Assembly (NCBI GenBank): GCA_001820875.1 | Contig: MHRF01000004.1 | Location: 17,434-81,433, forward strand | Direction of reading: 5' to 3' | From: Candidatus Taylorbacteria bacterium RIFCSPHIGHO2_01_FULL_46_22b | Lineage (GTDB): Bacteria; Patescibacteriota; Minisyncoccia; Phycocordibacterales; DSPV01 | DNA: 64,000 bases | Position numbers and translations under genes: made by a program | Notes under the pieces: model-generated | Seen by the model: only the letters and a program-made list of their open reading frames with translations | Told to the model about the DNA's origin: nothing | Database searches by the model: none | Shown here: positions 1-10,320 of the stretch, piece by piece | How positions within the stretch are numbered: the stretch's first letter is position 1 | Layout of the letters: the number at the start of each line of letters is the position of its first letter

Positions 1-723
1 GTATTTCGCCAGTTCGAGAATCCATGATTATACCTGCCCCGCTTGCAAATCCATTTGAAGATGCCAAACCTTTGATAAAACCGTAAAACGCTTCTTGCAC
101 TCTCGCATCAATGGAGAGTGTTAATGTTGCTCCGTATTGCGGAAACTGGATAAGACTTTCCGATTCAACTCCCCCCAAAGCATTGTGCTCTGCAATTTTC
201 ACTCCGTTTTTACCGGCAAGCAAATCATTGTAAAACTGTTCAACCCCGTCTTTGCCAGTGAAATCGTAACGGAAATATACACCCGAGGCATCCTGTTTCG
301 GGTATTCCACGTACCCCAACAAGTGTCCGAATCCATCTTTTTTTATATATTCGCGCGAAGGATATTCAGGATGATCTTGATTTGCAACATTTGAAACCAG
401 TTGCACCTCATTTCTATCTTGAATCAACCCGCGGGGGGCAAATATAACCGTACTTCGCAAGCTATTGCGCTCACTTAAAATCCGATATGCTTCTCCTTTC
501 TTCACCTGCAATCCCCACGCCTGATACGCAAGCAGTACAAAAATCAGCGCAAAAAATATTCCCACAAGAGTAATCGCTCGCAAGGAAATTGGGCGTTCGA
601 GTCGTCCCTCAAATTGGTAGACGTCAAAATTAGGGAGATTACTTGAATCAAGAAAAATCTCATCGGGCGCAACCTCGCGCGAAGCAGAACCGGTTACTTT
701 TCGGCGTGAAAAAAAACGTCGCA
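1..723 (-). CDS. mrdA: Penicillin-binding protein 2 (MrdA-like transpeptidase), N-terminal part; runs off the window edge
   Basis: Reverse-strand translation from the ATG at 723 gives MRRFFSRRKVTGSASREV, then a TM helix, then a PBP dimerisation-like region with no stop before position 1. It lies downstream of mreBCD, the usual mreBCD-mrdA order. Confidence 0.55.
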
Positions 724-754
724 TCAAATCATGATACGTTACTCAAGCGATTTT

Positions 755-1069
755 TCAAACGCGCCTTCCTTTCCAAAACACAAGCCGTCTCTTTGCCATT
801 GGAATACCAAGCAAAACAAGCAAGGTTAGAGCGGTGAACAAAAGAGGCATTCCCCATAGAAAAACTGGGGGGCCAAAAAATAAATCTGCCAGACATGCAG
901 CGATCAACGCTTCATAAAAACTCTCAAAATATATACACCCGACCAGTACGAAGATACCGACAAACCACCACGGAGTGAAAAAAACTAACAAACAGAGAAA
1001 TAAAAGGTAAACGCTCCTATTGAGTTGATGAGGCATGAGAGACAGGGAGACGTCCAATTGATAATCCAA
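755..1069 (-). CDS. mreD: Rod shape-determining protein MreD-like small polytopic membrane protein
   Basis: 104 aa, all hydrophobic helices, immediately downstream of mreC and overlapping it. Confidence 0.5.
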   Translation of the reverse strand: MDYQLDVSLSLMPHQLNRSVYLLFLCLLVFFTPWWFVGIFVLVGCIYFESFYEALIAACLADLFFGPPVFLWGMPLLFTALTLLVLLGIPMAKRRLVFWKGRRV

Positions 1070-1859
1070 CGCTCACAAATTGTAGTTCATAGATATTCAC
1101 CAAACTATGAAAACTTACCAACTGCAAAAAATCAACCTGTTGTGATTCAATTGAACCCACCACCCCAAGAAGTGGCGGGGTGATATCCGGAAAGAAAACT
1201 GCATCGCCGATAGCCACAGAACTTTCGCGAGGCAACAACACTGAAAATGAGCCTCCTCCGGTGCCGATAGCTGTTGCAGGTATATGATCATTTCCAATCG
1301 AAACCGGAATCTCAAGCCCTGGGGAAGAAAACAAGGTTACCCGCGCGAAATCTTTAAATACTTCAGAAATCTTTCCTATCACCGAACCTCCGGTCGAATA
1401 TACATAATCTCCAACTGCAATCCCCTCCTGCACCCCCGCATCAATCACCAAACGATCATATGGAGAGAGGGGTGGACGGGACAAAACGCCTGCAAACACG
1501 CGCACCTTGTCATCTGTCCTGCCCAGAAGAGATTTGAGAAAGATGATTTCATCTTGCAAAGATTTTGCCATCACAGACTGTTCGCGGATGTTTTGCAATT
1601 CCGTTTTTAATAAAGTGTTCTCTGCAACCAAATAATTCTTTGATGCAAAATATGTTCCGAGTGCGGAAAGCGACTCGTCGAGCCAACTGTTTGTACGGAC
1701 TACGGGCACAGCAATCGTGTAGATAATGTTAGCAAAAACAGAAGGCCAGATGAGATTGCTTATGGCAACCATCACCACAATAAAAAGCGTCACAAAAAGA
1801 GAAACTTTTGGGCGCCGGCGGATATTACTTTTGAATGGGGAGGTCGTCCTCATTGGCAA
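1017..1859 (-). CDS. mreC: Rod shape-determining protein MreC
   Basis: N-terminal TM helix, a coiled-coil segment (LKTELQNIREQ), then an MreC beta-domain. Directly downstream of mreB. Confidence 0.8.
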   Translation of the reverse strand: MPMRTTSPFKSNIRRRPKVSLFVTLFIVVMVAISNLIWPSVFANIIYTIAVPVVRTNSWLDESLSALGTYFASKNYLVAENTLLKTELQNIREQSVMAKSLQDEIIFLKSLLGRTDDKVRVFAGVLSRPPLSPYDRLVIDAGVQEGIAVGDYVYSTGGSVIGKISEVFKDFARVTLFSSPGLEIPVSIGNDHIPATAIGTGGGSFSVLLPRESSVAIGDAVFFPDITPPLLGVVGSIESQQVDFLQLVSFHSLVNIYELQFVSVGLSIGRLPVSHASSTQ

Positions 1860-2895
1860 TCAGTGTTTCTTTATAAAGATCCATATTCTCAAGTATAATC
1901 CCCGCGCCACGAGCGACTGCGGTCAGCGGATCATCAGCCACAAAAACCGGAATCTTGAGTATTTGTTCAAGATAGGGAGCAAGACCTTTCAAAAGCGCAC
2001 CTCCGCCGACTAGATATATTCCCCGCTGCATAACATCGGCGATTAATTCGGGCGGTGTGGTTTCAAGTACTTCGCGTGTTGATTCAACAATCGTATCCAC
2101 CGACTGGGCAAGGGCTTCGCGAATATCAACGTCAGTAATAATAACCTCCCGCGGAAGCCCCGTGATCAAATCTCTTCCCTTGACCGGCATTTCCATCAGC
2201 TGACCCACCGGCATCGCGGAACCAATCGTAATCTTGATTTCCTCCGCAGTCTTCTCGCCGATAAGAATTTTAAATTCGCTGCGAATATAAGAAATAATAT
2301 CGTTATTGAAATGATCCCCCGCAACTTTGAGATTTTTTGATCGGACAATCCCGCCAAGCGAAATAACGGCTATGTCCGTCGTACCTCCTCCTATATCAAT
2401 CACCATGTTGCCCGCAGGATCTCTGACAGGCAGACGAATACCGATTGCCGCTGCCATTGGCTGTTCGACAATATGCACTTCACGCGCGCCACTATTTCTC
2501 GTCGCATCACGCACCGCACGCGATTCGACATTTGTTACTCCAGACGGAACACCTACGACCACACGAGGACCAAGAAACCGGCGGGTCCCCTCTTGGCCTT
2601 TGTTCATTAAATACGCGATCATCTCTTCCGTAACTTCAAAATCGGAAATCACTCCTTCCACCAAAGGCCGTATGGCATTGATGTGCCCTGGGGTGCGCCC
2701 AAGCATCGCTTTTGCCTGATTGCCAACTGCGACAACCTGTCCAGTCTTTTCATTGAGTGCAACCACTGACGGCTCGTTGACGACAATGCCGCGACCGCGC
2801 ACATAGACAAGCGTGTTAGCCGTCCCTAGGTCTATGCCAAGATCGTGAGAAAGCAGTCTATAAAAACGCTCTAGTTGTTCCTTAAAGGTGCGCAT
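1825..2895 (-). CDS. mreB: Rod shape-determining protein MreB (actin homolog)
   Basis: Contains DLGTANTLVYVRGRGIVVNEPSVVA and DIGGGTTDIAV. The likely start is the internal Met (MRTFKEQ) at 2895 rather than the extended start at 2997. Confidence 0.9.
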   Translation of the reverse strand: MRTFKEQLERFYRLLSHDLGIDLGTANTLVYVRGRGIVVNEPSVVALNEKTGQVVAVGNQAKAMLGRTPGHINAIRPLVEGVISDFEVTEEMIAYLMNKGQEGTRRFLGPRVVVGVPSGVTNVESRAVRDATRNSGAREVHIVEQPMAAAIGIRLPVRDPAGNMVIDIGGGTTDIAVISLGGIVRSKNLKVAGDHFNNDIISYIRSEFKILIGEKTAEEIKITIGSAMPVGQLMEMPVKGRDLITGLPREVIITDVDIREALAQSVDTIVESTREVLETTPPELIADVMQRGIYLVGGGALLKGLAPYLEQILKIPVFVADDPLTAVARGAGIILENMDLYKETLIANEDDLPIQK

Positions 2896-4138
2896 TGATG
2901 TGTGATGCAAGTGTATCCGGCGACACCATTGTATGTTTCCCCGAGCGGCGGTCAAGCACCTCCACGGTCCCGTCTTTTGTGGTACGACTACTCGCAATCA
3001 CGCGCAAAGATACACCGATTAAATCCGCATCGGCGAATTTCTCGCCGGCGCGCACGTCGCGATCATCAAAAAGAACTTCGATATTCCCTGCGGAAAGCGC
3101 GTTGTACACTGTCTCGGCTTGTTTACGCGCCATGTCATCTGACGGATCAAGCAAAAGAAGGTGGACAGAAAATGGTGCGACCGCTGAAGGCCAGAGAATG
3201 CTTTTCTCATCGGAAAATGATTCGACGATAGTACCAATTAAGCGCGCAGGACCGATGCCATAACTCCCCATAATTACTAGCTTGCTTTCATTTTTCTCAT
3301 CAACAAATTTCAAACCGAGCGCTTCCGAAAATCTAGTCCCGAGTGAAAAGATATTTCCCACTTCAACCGACTTTTTGACTGATAAATTCTTGTTACCGCA
3401 AGCGGGGCAAACCGGCTGGTCAGAAAATATCTCATCATTGACTGCAATAGAACATTTCTCGCAAAGGTGAATTGTATCTTCTCCTGCGTCGCACACAGTC
3501 TGAAATTCATGCGAGTATTTGCTGAAACTGCCACCTGATGCATACGTCATGTGTGTGAACGGACCCAAACCCACTCGGGAAAAAACGTTTGTATACGCCG
3601 TTTGCATGATTTTATAAAACTCATCATGTTCCTGTGCGGTTCGGGAAAATGAGTACAAGTCCTTCATCAAAAATTCACGAGTCCGAATGAGACCTGATTT
3701 CGCACGTGTTTCATTTCGAAACTTTGTTTGAATCTGATATGCATACACGGGCAAATCGCGAAAGCTACGAATGTGATCTCGCATCATTTGTGTTATCGGC
3801 TCTTCATGCGTAAACCCAAGTCCCGCTTCTCCGCCTGATCCAAGCGTGGTCTTAAACCACGAGTCAACTGCTTTATCAGACCAGCGACCAGTCGATTCCC
3901 ATATTTCTTTATTTTGAAGAGCTGATAACAAAATTTCCTGTCCACCAGACGCATTCATCTCCTCGCGAATCACATTCATTACCTTGTTCAGCACTCGGAG
4001 TCCCAGCGGTAAAAACGAATAGACGCCAGCCATTTCCTTGTGGATGAATCCGGCCTTAATCAAGAGCTTCGCGTTCTTGGAAACCTCGTCTTTGGGTACC
4101 TCTTTTCGTGTTTTTGAGAATAGTTCAGTTTGGCGCAT
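2882..4138 (-). CDS. proS: Proline--tRNA ligase, bacterial type, lacking the INS editing domain (418 aa)
   Basis: Class II aaRS motifs (FRDLPVYAYQIQTKFRNE, GSYGIGPARL), a Zn-cysteine cluster and a C-terminal anticodon-binding domain. The length leaves no room for the ~180-aa editing insertion. Confidence 0.85.
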   Translation of the reverse strand: MRQTELFSKTRKEVPKDEVSKNAKLLIKAGFIHKEMAGVYSFLPLGLRVLNKVMNVIREEMNASGGQEILLSALQNKEIWESTGRWSDKAVDSWFKTTLGSGGEAGLGFTHEEPITQMMRDHIRSFRDLPVYAYQIQTKFRNETRAKSGLIRTREFLMKDLYSFSRTAQEHDEFYKIMQTAYTNVFSRVGLGPFTHMTYASGGSFSKYSHEFQTVCDAGEDTIHLCEKCSIAVNDEIFSDQPVCPACGNKNLSVKKSVEVGNIFSLGTRFSEALGLKFVDEKNESKLVIMGSYGIGPARLIGTIVESFSDEKSILWPSAVAPFSVHLLLLDPSDDMARKQAETVYNALSAGNIEVLFDDRDVRAGEKFADADLIGVSLRVIASSRTTKDGTVEVLDRRSGKHTMVSPDTLASHINAHL

Positions 4139-4286
4139 TTGTGTGCGTTAGAAATCTTAAATATGGCCTTAATCATACAGGAAAAAAGAAAAACACCCAA
4201 GAGAATTGACAAAGAAAAAACACATGGCAATATGGTAATTGAATTCGTTGAAACAACCTATAAACCTCAAACCCTAGGATTCAGTC

Positions 4287-4967
4287 ATGAGCACAGGAAT
4301 CAAAATCGGTCTCGGAAGCTCCCTCGGCGCGTTCATCTTCGCCAGTATCGCATGGTGGGGAAACTACGCATGGTGGGCACTCGGCACAGGTCTCTTCCTC
4401 GGTACAGTCACTGCTTATCTGACACATGATCTCCGGCTCGTCGGGGTCATTGCGGACAAAGAAATACGGCAGTGGGTGGCGTCGGGATTCTACCGATTCA
4501 TTGTATTGTCCGGCGCCATTGTCTGGTTCACTATCATCTTCGGGACAGGAATGTACTTCCTCACACTGGTGGAATCGTCCGACGGGTCGGTACCGGAACA
4601 CGCCAGAATCATGCAATCCCTCCTCGTGGGAGCGGTCTGCTCTTTCGTCCTAGTTTCCCTGTTCAACAACCTGATCCTTGAAGACTGTGACGGGAAGAGT
4701 GCACTCAAATGGAATCCTGTCGCATGGCCATTCAGTTTGCTCTTCTACATCGTGATTGCAATCCTTTTTATGATCAGGATCTTTGTCAGGGAAGTCCATT
4801 CCGAGGAAGCTCTTCAGTCGAGTTTCTACGCATGCATCGGCGGAACAGTCGGCATCCTCGCAGGAGGATTTGCCGGTGTGCTAATCGGTACCGGCACAGG
4901 ATTTCTCCTCGGTTATGGGAGTTACAAACTCATCAACGTCAAGCTCCTTGCCCGTGCGCCTGCGTGA
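4287..4967 (+). CDS. Hypothetical polytopic membrane protein
   Basis: 226 aa with about six predicted TM helices and no recognisable motif. Confidence 0.5.
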   Translation: MSTGIKIGLGSSLGAFIFASIAWWGNYAWWALGTGLFLGTVTAYLTHDLRLVGVIADKEIRQWVASGFYRFIVLSGAIVWFTIIFGTGMYFLTLVESSDGSVPEHARIMQSLLVGAVCSFVLVSLFNNLILEDCDGKSALKWNPVAWPFSLLFYIVIAILFMIRIFVREVHSEEALQSSFYACIGGTVGILAGGFAGVLIGTGTGFLLGYGSYKLINVKLLARAPA

Positions 4968-4984
4968 GCATGCTCTTTGTACAC

Positions 4985-5024
4985 CGCGCCGCCTTGTCCT
5001 TTGGACAGGCGGCGCTCTTTTTTT
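4985..5024. terminator. Bidirectional rho-independent terminator between convergent genes
   Basis: GCGCCGCCTTGTCC-TTTGG-ACAGGCGGCGC hairpin followed by a T7 run. Confidence 0.65.
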
Positions 5025-5057
5025 CCACACCCCCCACCCCAACCCCCATACCCTATT

Positions 5058-6152
5058 TTAAATCAAATGCATCACGTCTTTATAGGTCACTAAAATAAGT
5101 AAGCCGATCAGAATCATAAAACCAATACCATTTGCATAGCGGACAAATTTCACCGGCAGAGGGCGGCGAATCACTGTTTCAATCAGGAGAAAAAATAATC
5201 GCCCACCATCAAGTGCTGGGAACGGAATCAAATTTATCACGGCAAGATTAAGTGAGATAAGCGCCGTAAATGAGATTAAGTAAAACCAGCCCAAGGCCTG
5301 CGCATTTCCCACCATCGTGGCAATACCCACCGGTCCTGAAATTTGAGAGAAATCAGCTTGGAAAGAAAACATTTGATAGAAAAATATGCCGATGGATTGA
5401 GCAACAAGTATAAAAAGATCTATCGTCCGCTTAGCCCCTTCCAGTAACGCAGGGAAAAAGGAGAGTTTGAGTGTTCCGACCTCGTCCATGCTGATACCAA
5501 TTGCGGCACGATCATTAACTATTCCCGCTTGAGGCACCACAGATAAGGAGAGGGGCGCATCTTTACGGATAATGTTCACCATGATCGCTTTTCCCTCATG
5601 TGACGCGATAAATCCTTGTACTTCTTTCACACTTGGTTTAGTCACCACTTCTGTCCCAGCACTCACTTCAAGAATTACATCCCCTTCTTGCAGGCCTGCA
5701 TGTCCTGCGGGAGAATCTGCAAGTACGCTTAACACCATCAACTGTTCATTGTGAAGCGGGGTTCCGGTATATTGCTCTTTTGATACTGGAGCTCCAACCA
5801 TAAATACAATTGAGAGGAGCACCCATGCAAATAGTATGTTGGCCGTAATACCACCTACGAGCACCAAAGCTTGTTTGAAACGGTTTTTCGCTGTAAGGCT
5901 GCGGGACGCATCGGGATCAAGATCGGCAGAATGATCGAGCATATCTTCCCCGTAAATTTTTACATAGCCACCAAGAGGAATTAGATTAATTGAATATTCG
6001 GTTTCTCCAACTTTCTTTGAAATAATCCGTGGGGGAAAACCAATAGCAAATTCATCCACGCGAATGCCAAACCACTTAGCGAGTGAAAAATGACCAAGCT
6101 CGTGCGCAAAGACGAGCACGCCGAGTATCACAATAAAAAGGAGTATAGTCAC
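5058..6152 (-). CDS. rseP: RIP metalloprotease RseP (site-2 protease, M50 family) with PDZ domain
   Basis: HELGH zinc motif near the N-terminus, multiple TM helices and a central PDZ-like region. Confidence 0.85.
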   Translation of the reverse strand: MTILLFIVILGVLVFAHELGHFSLAKWFGIRVDEFAIGFPPRIISKKVGETEYSINLIPLGGYVKIYGEDMLDHSADLDPDASRSLTAKNRFKQALVLVGGITANILFAWVLLSIVFMVGAPVSKEQYTGTPLHNEQLMVLSVLADSPAGHAGLQEGDVILEVSAGTEVVTKPSVKEVQGFIASHEGKAIMVNIIRKDAPLSLSVVPQAGIVNDRAAIGISMDEVGTLKLSFFPALLEGAKRTIDLFILVAQSIGIFFYQMFSFQADFSQISGPVGIATMVGNAQALGWFYLISFTALISLNLAVINLIPFPALDGGRLFFLLIETVIRRPLPVKFVRYANGIGFMILIGLLILVTYKDVMHLI

Positions 6153-6158
6153 AAACGT

Positions 6159-6710
6159 TTATGAACGAATCTCCTGTTCCTTTTTCGCAAGTAATGTATC
6201 AAATTCCTTTGACGCATCGTCAATGGTCTTTTGCATGCTGTCTTTCAGTCGGAACTTATCATCTTCGCGAATCTTGCCGTCACGCTCCTGTGCCTGTATG
6301 TCTTTCCACACCTCATCGCGCGCATTGCGCAAATGTTTTCTCGCTTCTTCAATTTTCTCTTTTGCTACTTTTATATAAGCCTCTCTTCGATCAGCAGTAA
6401 GTTCAGGAAACACTATACGGACACCTCGATCATCAACAGACACTGATAAGCCTAAATTGGACTGCACAATTGCTTTCTCAATATTTTTTATCTGGGAAGC
6501 ATCGTACGGAGTAATGCGTAATGATCTCGCGTCTTCAATATTAACTGACGCAAGGTTGGCAACCTTCATCTTTGCGCCATATGATTCAACCAACACCGTA
6601 TCAAGAATCATCGGAGTTGCACGGCCTGTGCGGATTGCCGAAAACTCCTTGCGCAGCCAATCGCCTGTCTCTGTCACTTTCGCTTTCAAGTTTTTAAAAT
6701 CATATGCCAT
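6159..6710 (-). CDS. frr: Ribosome recycling factor
   Basis: 183 aa with the typical Frr pattern (RTGRATPMILD, coiled-coil C-terminus). Confidence 0.9.
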   Translation of the reverse strand: MAYDFKNLKAKVTETGDWLRKEFSAIRTGRATPMILDTVLVESYGAKMKVANLASVNIEDARSLRITPYDASQIKNIEKAIVQSNLGLSVSVDDRGVRIVFPELTADRREAYIKVAKEKIEEARKHLRNARDEVWKDIQAQERDGKIREDDKFRLKDSMQKTIDDASKEFDTLLAKKEQEIRS

Positions 6711-6722
6711 AGTTCCTTTATT

Positions 6723-7436
6723 TTATCGTCCGGAAGCCGGCAACACAAGTGCGAGGTGTTCAAGCAACATTTTTATGGAAGCAGATTGATCTGATAGATA
6801 TTTCCTGCATAAGGCAATGTCATCAAATACAGAAATAGGAATTTTCTTTTTTCCCTTCTCTTCCCACAACACGAGTTCGATTCCTGACACCAACGTAATC
6901 ACCGATTGTTTATCTGTCTCCCCTTCAGACACTGATGTTGCGAGTGTTTTTACCAATTCCAAACGCTCGGGAATGGAAGCATCAATAAAAGAGCGTGCTT
7001 CTTTGTTAGACGCAGATCTCGGCGCTTCATCGATGATAAACAGACGAGATCGGAGTGTGGGAAGGACTGTGTCAGAGCTTGGCACGAGGATAAAGAAGTG
7101 TGTATTGGAAAATGGGTCTTCCAAAAGTTTAAGCAGTGCATTCTGTGATTCGCTCGTTGCGCGCGAAAAAGACAAGACAAATATCTTGCGCGGCCCGAAT
7201 GCTTTTTGTCCGGCAAGTGTCCGCAATCGCCGTGCATCATCAACGGAAAAATTATCGAAACGAGAAATATGCATGTCAGGATTCCCTCGCACTTCTGCTT
7301 TCACCACCTCCTGTAAAAAGGCGAGTACGTCAGCAAGCACGGCCGTATGTTCTCCAATGATCAGATACGCATGATGCAATTCAAGCGCCTGTTTACCTAT
7401 TCGAGATAAGGTGGTTTTTTCCATATCTTTATACAT
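6723..7436 (-). CDS. holB: DNA polymerase III delta-prime subunit (clamp-loader AAA+ protein)
   Basis: HAYLIIG, then RKIFVL, then SQNALLKLLEDP, then LPTLRSR: the clamp-loader sensor motifs. Confidence 0.7.
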   Translation of the reverse strand: MYKDMEKTTLSRIGKQALELHHAYLIIGEHTAVLADVLAFLQEVVKAEVRGNPDMHISRFDNFSVDDARRLRTLAGQKAFGPRKIFVLSFSRATSESQNALLKLLEDPFSNTHFFILVPSSDTVLPTLRSRLFIIDEAPRSASNKEARSFIDASIPERLELVKTLATSVSEGETDKQSVITLVSGIELVLWEEKGKKKIPISVFDDIALCRKYLSDQSASIKMLLEHLALVLPASGR

Positions 7437-7450
7437 TCAAGTGCCTCCAG

Positions 7451-8464
7451 TTATCGTTTAGCCGTAATCGCTTTTTTGTACATATCCAAGTGCTCAAGTG
7501 CCACTCCGGTACCCCGCGCCACGCAAAACAGAGGATCTTTAGCAAGTGCGGCCGGCACACCTGTGCGGCGATGCACTAATTCAGGAAAATTGCGAAGCAT
7601 TGACGACCCGCCAGTCATAATAATGCCTCGCTCGATGATGTCTGCAGCAAGTTCGGGAGGTGTTTCCTGCAACACATCTTTCATTGCCTTGATCATTTCG
7701 CGCAATTCGCGGCTAATTGCTTTTACAATTTCATTTGTTTTGAGCTCGGTCGTGCGCGGCAAACCGGTTACAAAATCGCGTCCTTTTACGGTCATGCTTA
7801 ATTCTTCTTCAATAGGAATCGCCGAACCAATTTGAATTTTTATGTCTTCAGCCATCTTGTCGCCAATCGCGAGATTGTAATTTTTCTTTATATAATCGGC
7901 AATCGCCGCATCTACCCGATTACCTGCGCATTTCACAGAATTTGAAGCAACGATGCCGCCAAGAGATATCACCGCCACATCAGTCGTGCCTCCCCCAATA
8001 TCTACGATCATGTGACCCACCGGCTCCTGAATCGGAATGCCCGCACCGATTGCCGCAAGTATCGGCTCTTTGACTACGTACGCATTTTTCGCTCCTGCCT
8101 TAATGGCCGCCTCGATCACTGCGCGACGCTCGGTTGAAGTGACTGCCGCAGGAACGCTCAAGAGGACGTCCGGCTTCCAAATATTCCATTTGCCTAATGC
8201 TTTCTGAATAAAATAGCGAAGCATCGCTTCGGTCACCCGATAGTCAGCAATCACGCCATCTTTCATAGGACGATACGCAACAATGTTATCCGGTGTTTTT
8301 CCCACCATCTTTTTTGCCTCAATACCAACTGCAAGAATCCGGCGATCAAGTTCTGAAACCGCGACCACCGAAGGTTCGTTTAACACGATTCCTTTCTTAG
8401 GAAGAAATACAAGCGTATTTGCCGTACCCAAATCAATCCCCAATTTTGTAGAGAAAAATGCCAT
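7451..8464 (-). CDS. Second MreB/Mbl-family actin homolog
   Basis: LGIDLGTANTLVFL, DIGGGTTDVAV. Likely start at the internal Met MAFFSTK (8464) rather than the extended 8608. Confidence 0.85.
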   Translation of the reverse strand: MAFFSTKLGIDLGTANTLVFLPKKGIVLNEPSVVAVSELDRRILAVGIEAKKMVGKTPDNIVAYRPMKDGVIADYRVTEAMLRYFIQKALGKWNIWKPDVLLSVPAAVTSTERRAVIEAAIKAGAKNAYVVKEPILAAIGAGIPIQEPVGHMIVDIGGGTTDVAVISLGGIVASNSVKCAGNRVDAAIADYIKKNYNLAIGDKMAEDIKIQIGSAIPIEEELSMTVKGRDFVTGLPRTTELKTNEIVKAISRELREMIKAMKDVLQETPPELAADIIERGIIMTGGSSMLRNFPELVHRRTGVPAALAKDPLFCVARGTGVALEHLDMYKKAITAKR

Positions 8465-8610
8465 ACCAGTAGCGTATAGCGTACAGCGAATAGCGAATAG
8501 TGGCAAGAAAAAAGAACTCGTACAGATTCCATCGAGTCTATAGAAAATCCTACTACAAAAGCCATCCGAAAATGATTCATATCGTCTCTTTCCTTCTATA
8601 TAGCACATAT

Positions 8611-8793
8611 GCTATAATCAATTCCTCGGAGAAAACCTCGGGATTGATTTTGAGAACCCTCGGTTCTCAACGTCCCGAAAAAACAGTGCGGGACTGCTCT
8701 CCGAAACGGGAAACTCCCGTTTCCCGACCCTTTCCCCCTTACTTCTCAAGGAAGGAGAAGTAAGACACATACATCTAACCTATATCGATTCCC
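8611..8793 (+). promoter_or_regulatory. Extended -10 promoter (TGCTATAAT) followed by a ~170-nt structured leader with two perfect 9-bp hairpins
   Basis: TGnTATAAT at 8611-8619. Hairpins GAAACGGGA-AAC-TCCCGTTTC and CTTACTTCT-CAAGGAAGG-AGAAGTAAG precede the murA ATG. Confidence 0.4.
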
Positions 8794-10308
8794 ATGACCC
8801 AAACAGCGAAAAAGCAACTCTCCGCGCTTGGAATCTTGATTCGAAATCTCCGCGAAGAGCGGAATATCACCCAGAAAACGTTTGCCGAGCGACTTGGCAC
8901 TACGCAAAGCGCCGTAGCGCGTATTGAAGGAGGCGAGCAAAACGTCAGCGCCGGCCTTTTGGCACGCATCAGCGAAATCTTGGGAAAAAATGTCATTCAA
9001 GTTTCTGATGGTGCAATCAACGTAGAAATTGAAGGAGGCTATCCTCTTTCAGGATCCGTAGTTACCAAAACATCCAAGAACGCCGCCATGGGGCTTCTTG
9101 CCGCATCTCTTTTGAACAAATCAGAGACGATGCTTTTCAACGTACCAAAAATTGAGGAAGTACACCGCATGATTGAAGTACTTCAAAGCATCGGTGTATC
9201 TGTTAAATGGAATCAAAACAGTCTCTCGATTAAACCACCGACAAAATTTCGCATAGAAGATATTGATGCTACCGCAGCCCAAAAAACACGTAGTATCCTT
9301 ATGCTTATCGGATCGTTAATCCATATCTCAAAAGCATTCTCTATTCCCCATCCGGGGGGATGCAAGCTTGGCAGCCGTACGGTCCGGCCGCATTTCTATG
9401 CACTTGAAAATTTTGGAGTCAAAATAAAAACATCTCATACCAATTACATCATTACCACCGGTGCAGTAAAACAGCACGAGATTATCCTATACGAATCAGG
9501 CGACACCGTAACCGAAAATGTCCTGATGGCCGCCGCCCGTATTCCTGAAACTACGGTGATTAAATACGCGTCTGCAAACTATCAAGTGCAAGAAATGTGC
9601 TTCTTCTTGCGCAAACTTGGAGTGCAAATTGACGGAATCGGAACTTCCACCCTGACGGTGCGCGGAGTAAGCGATATTGATGTACCGGTAAGTTATGCGA
9701 TCAGCGAAGACCCTATTGATTCCATGTTCATGCTTTCGGCTGCAATTGTCACCAAATCCCGCATCACCATCACCCGCTGTCCTATCGACTTTCTTGAAGT
9801 GGAATTGCTGAAATTAAAAAAGATGGGATTTAAGTATCGCATAGGAAAACGATATAAATCACAAAACGGAAATACCGATCTGGTGGATATCGAAACAATC
9901 CCTTCAGAATTGCGCGCCCTAGAGGAAAAAATCCACCCCAGTGTCTACCCCGGCCTAAACATCGACAATCTTCCTTTCTTTGCTGTTATTGCAACTCAAG
10001 CAAAAGGACAGACGTTTATCCATGACTGGGTTTATGAAAATCGCGCCATTCATTATAAAGAACTCGACAAGCTCGGAGCGGAAATAATTCTGGCGGATGC
10101 ACACCGTGTCTACATCACCGGCCCAGTGGAGCTTAAAGCAAATGAAATTATCTGCCCTCCCGCACTGCGTCCTGCTGCTATTATCCTCATTGGGATGCTT
10201 GCAGTAAAAGGAAGATCGGTGCTTCGAAACATCTATAGCATCAACCGCGGGTATGAAGACATAATTGATCGCTTAAATCAACTGGGGGCACATATTAAAA
10301 TCCTATAA
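8794..10308 (+). CDS. murA: UDP-N-acetylglucosamine 1-carboxyvinyltransferase with an N-terminal XRE-family HTH domain
   Basis: Residues 1-65 are an HTH_XRE (ITQKTFAERLGTTQSAVARIEGG). MurA homology starts near GAINVEIEGGYPLSG and continues through the active-site Cys region (GGCKLGSRTVRPH). There is no in-frame start codon at the MurA domain boundary. Confidence 0.85.
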   Translation: MTQTAKKQLSALGILIRNLREERNITQKTFAERLGTTQSAVARIEGGEQNVSAGLLARISEILGKNVIQVSDGAINVEIEGGYPLSGSVVTKTSKNAAMGLLAASLLNKSETMLFNVPKIEEVHRMIEVLQSIGVSVKWNQNSLSIKPPTKFRIEDIDATAAQKTRSILMLIGSLIHISKAFSIPHPGGCKLGSRTVRPHFYALENFGVKIKTSHTNYIITTGAVKQHEIILYESGDTVTENVLMAAARIPETTVIKYASANYQVQEMCFFLRKLGVQIDGIGTSTLTVRGVSDIDVPVSYAISEDPIDSMFMLSAAIVTKSRITITRCPIDFLEVELLKLKKMGFKYRIGKRYKSQNGNTDLVDIETIPSELRALEEKIHPSVYPGLNIDNLPFFAVIATQAKGQTFIHDWVYENRAIHYKELDKLGAEIILADAHRVYITGPVELKANEIICPPALRPAAIILIGMLAVKGRSVLRNIYSINRGYEDIIDRLNQLGAHIKIL

Positions 10309-10320
10309 GCATAAACTCTT

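Noticed and set aside
137-394. 85-aa plus-strand ORF at the window start
   Set aside because: It lies antisense within the PBP2 (mrdA) coding region.
2327-2719. Antisense ORFs inside mreB, proS, rseP, holB, the helicase and others (for example 2327-2719, 2895-3263, 6817-7374, 7476-7835, 20560-20874)
   Set aside because: Shadow ORFs opposite well-supported genes. No independent evidence.
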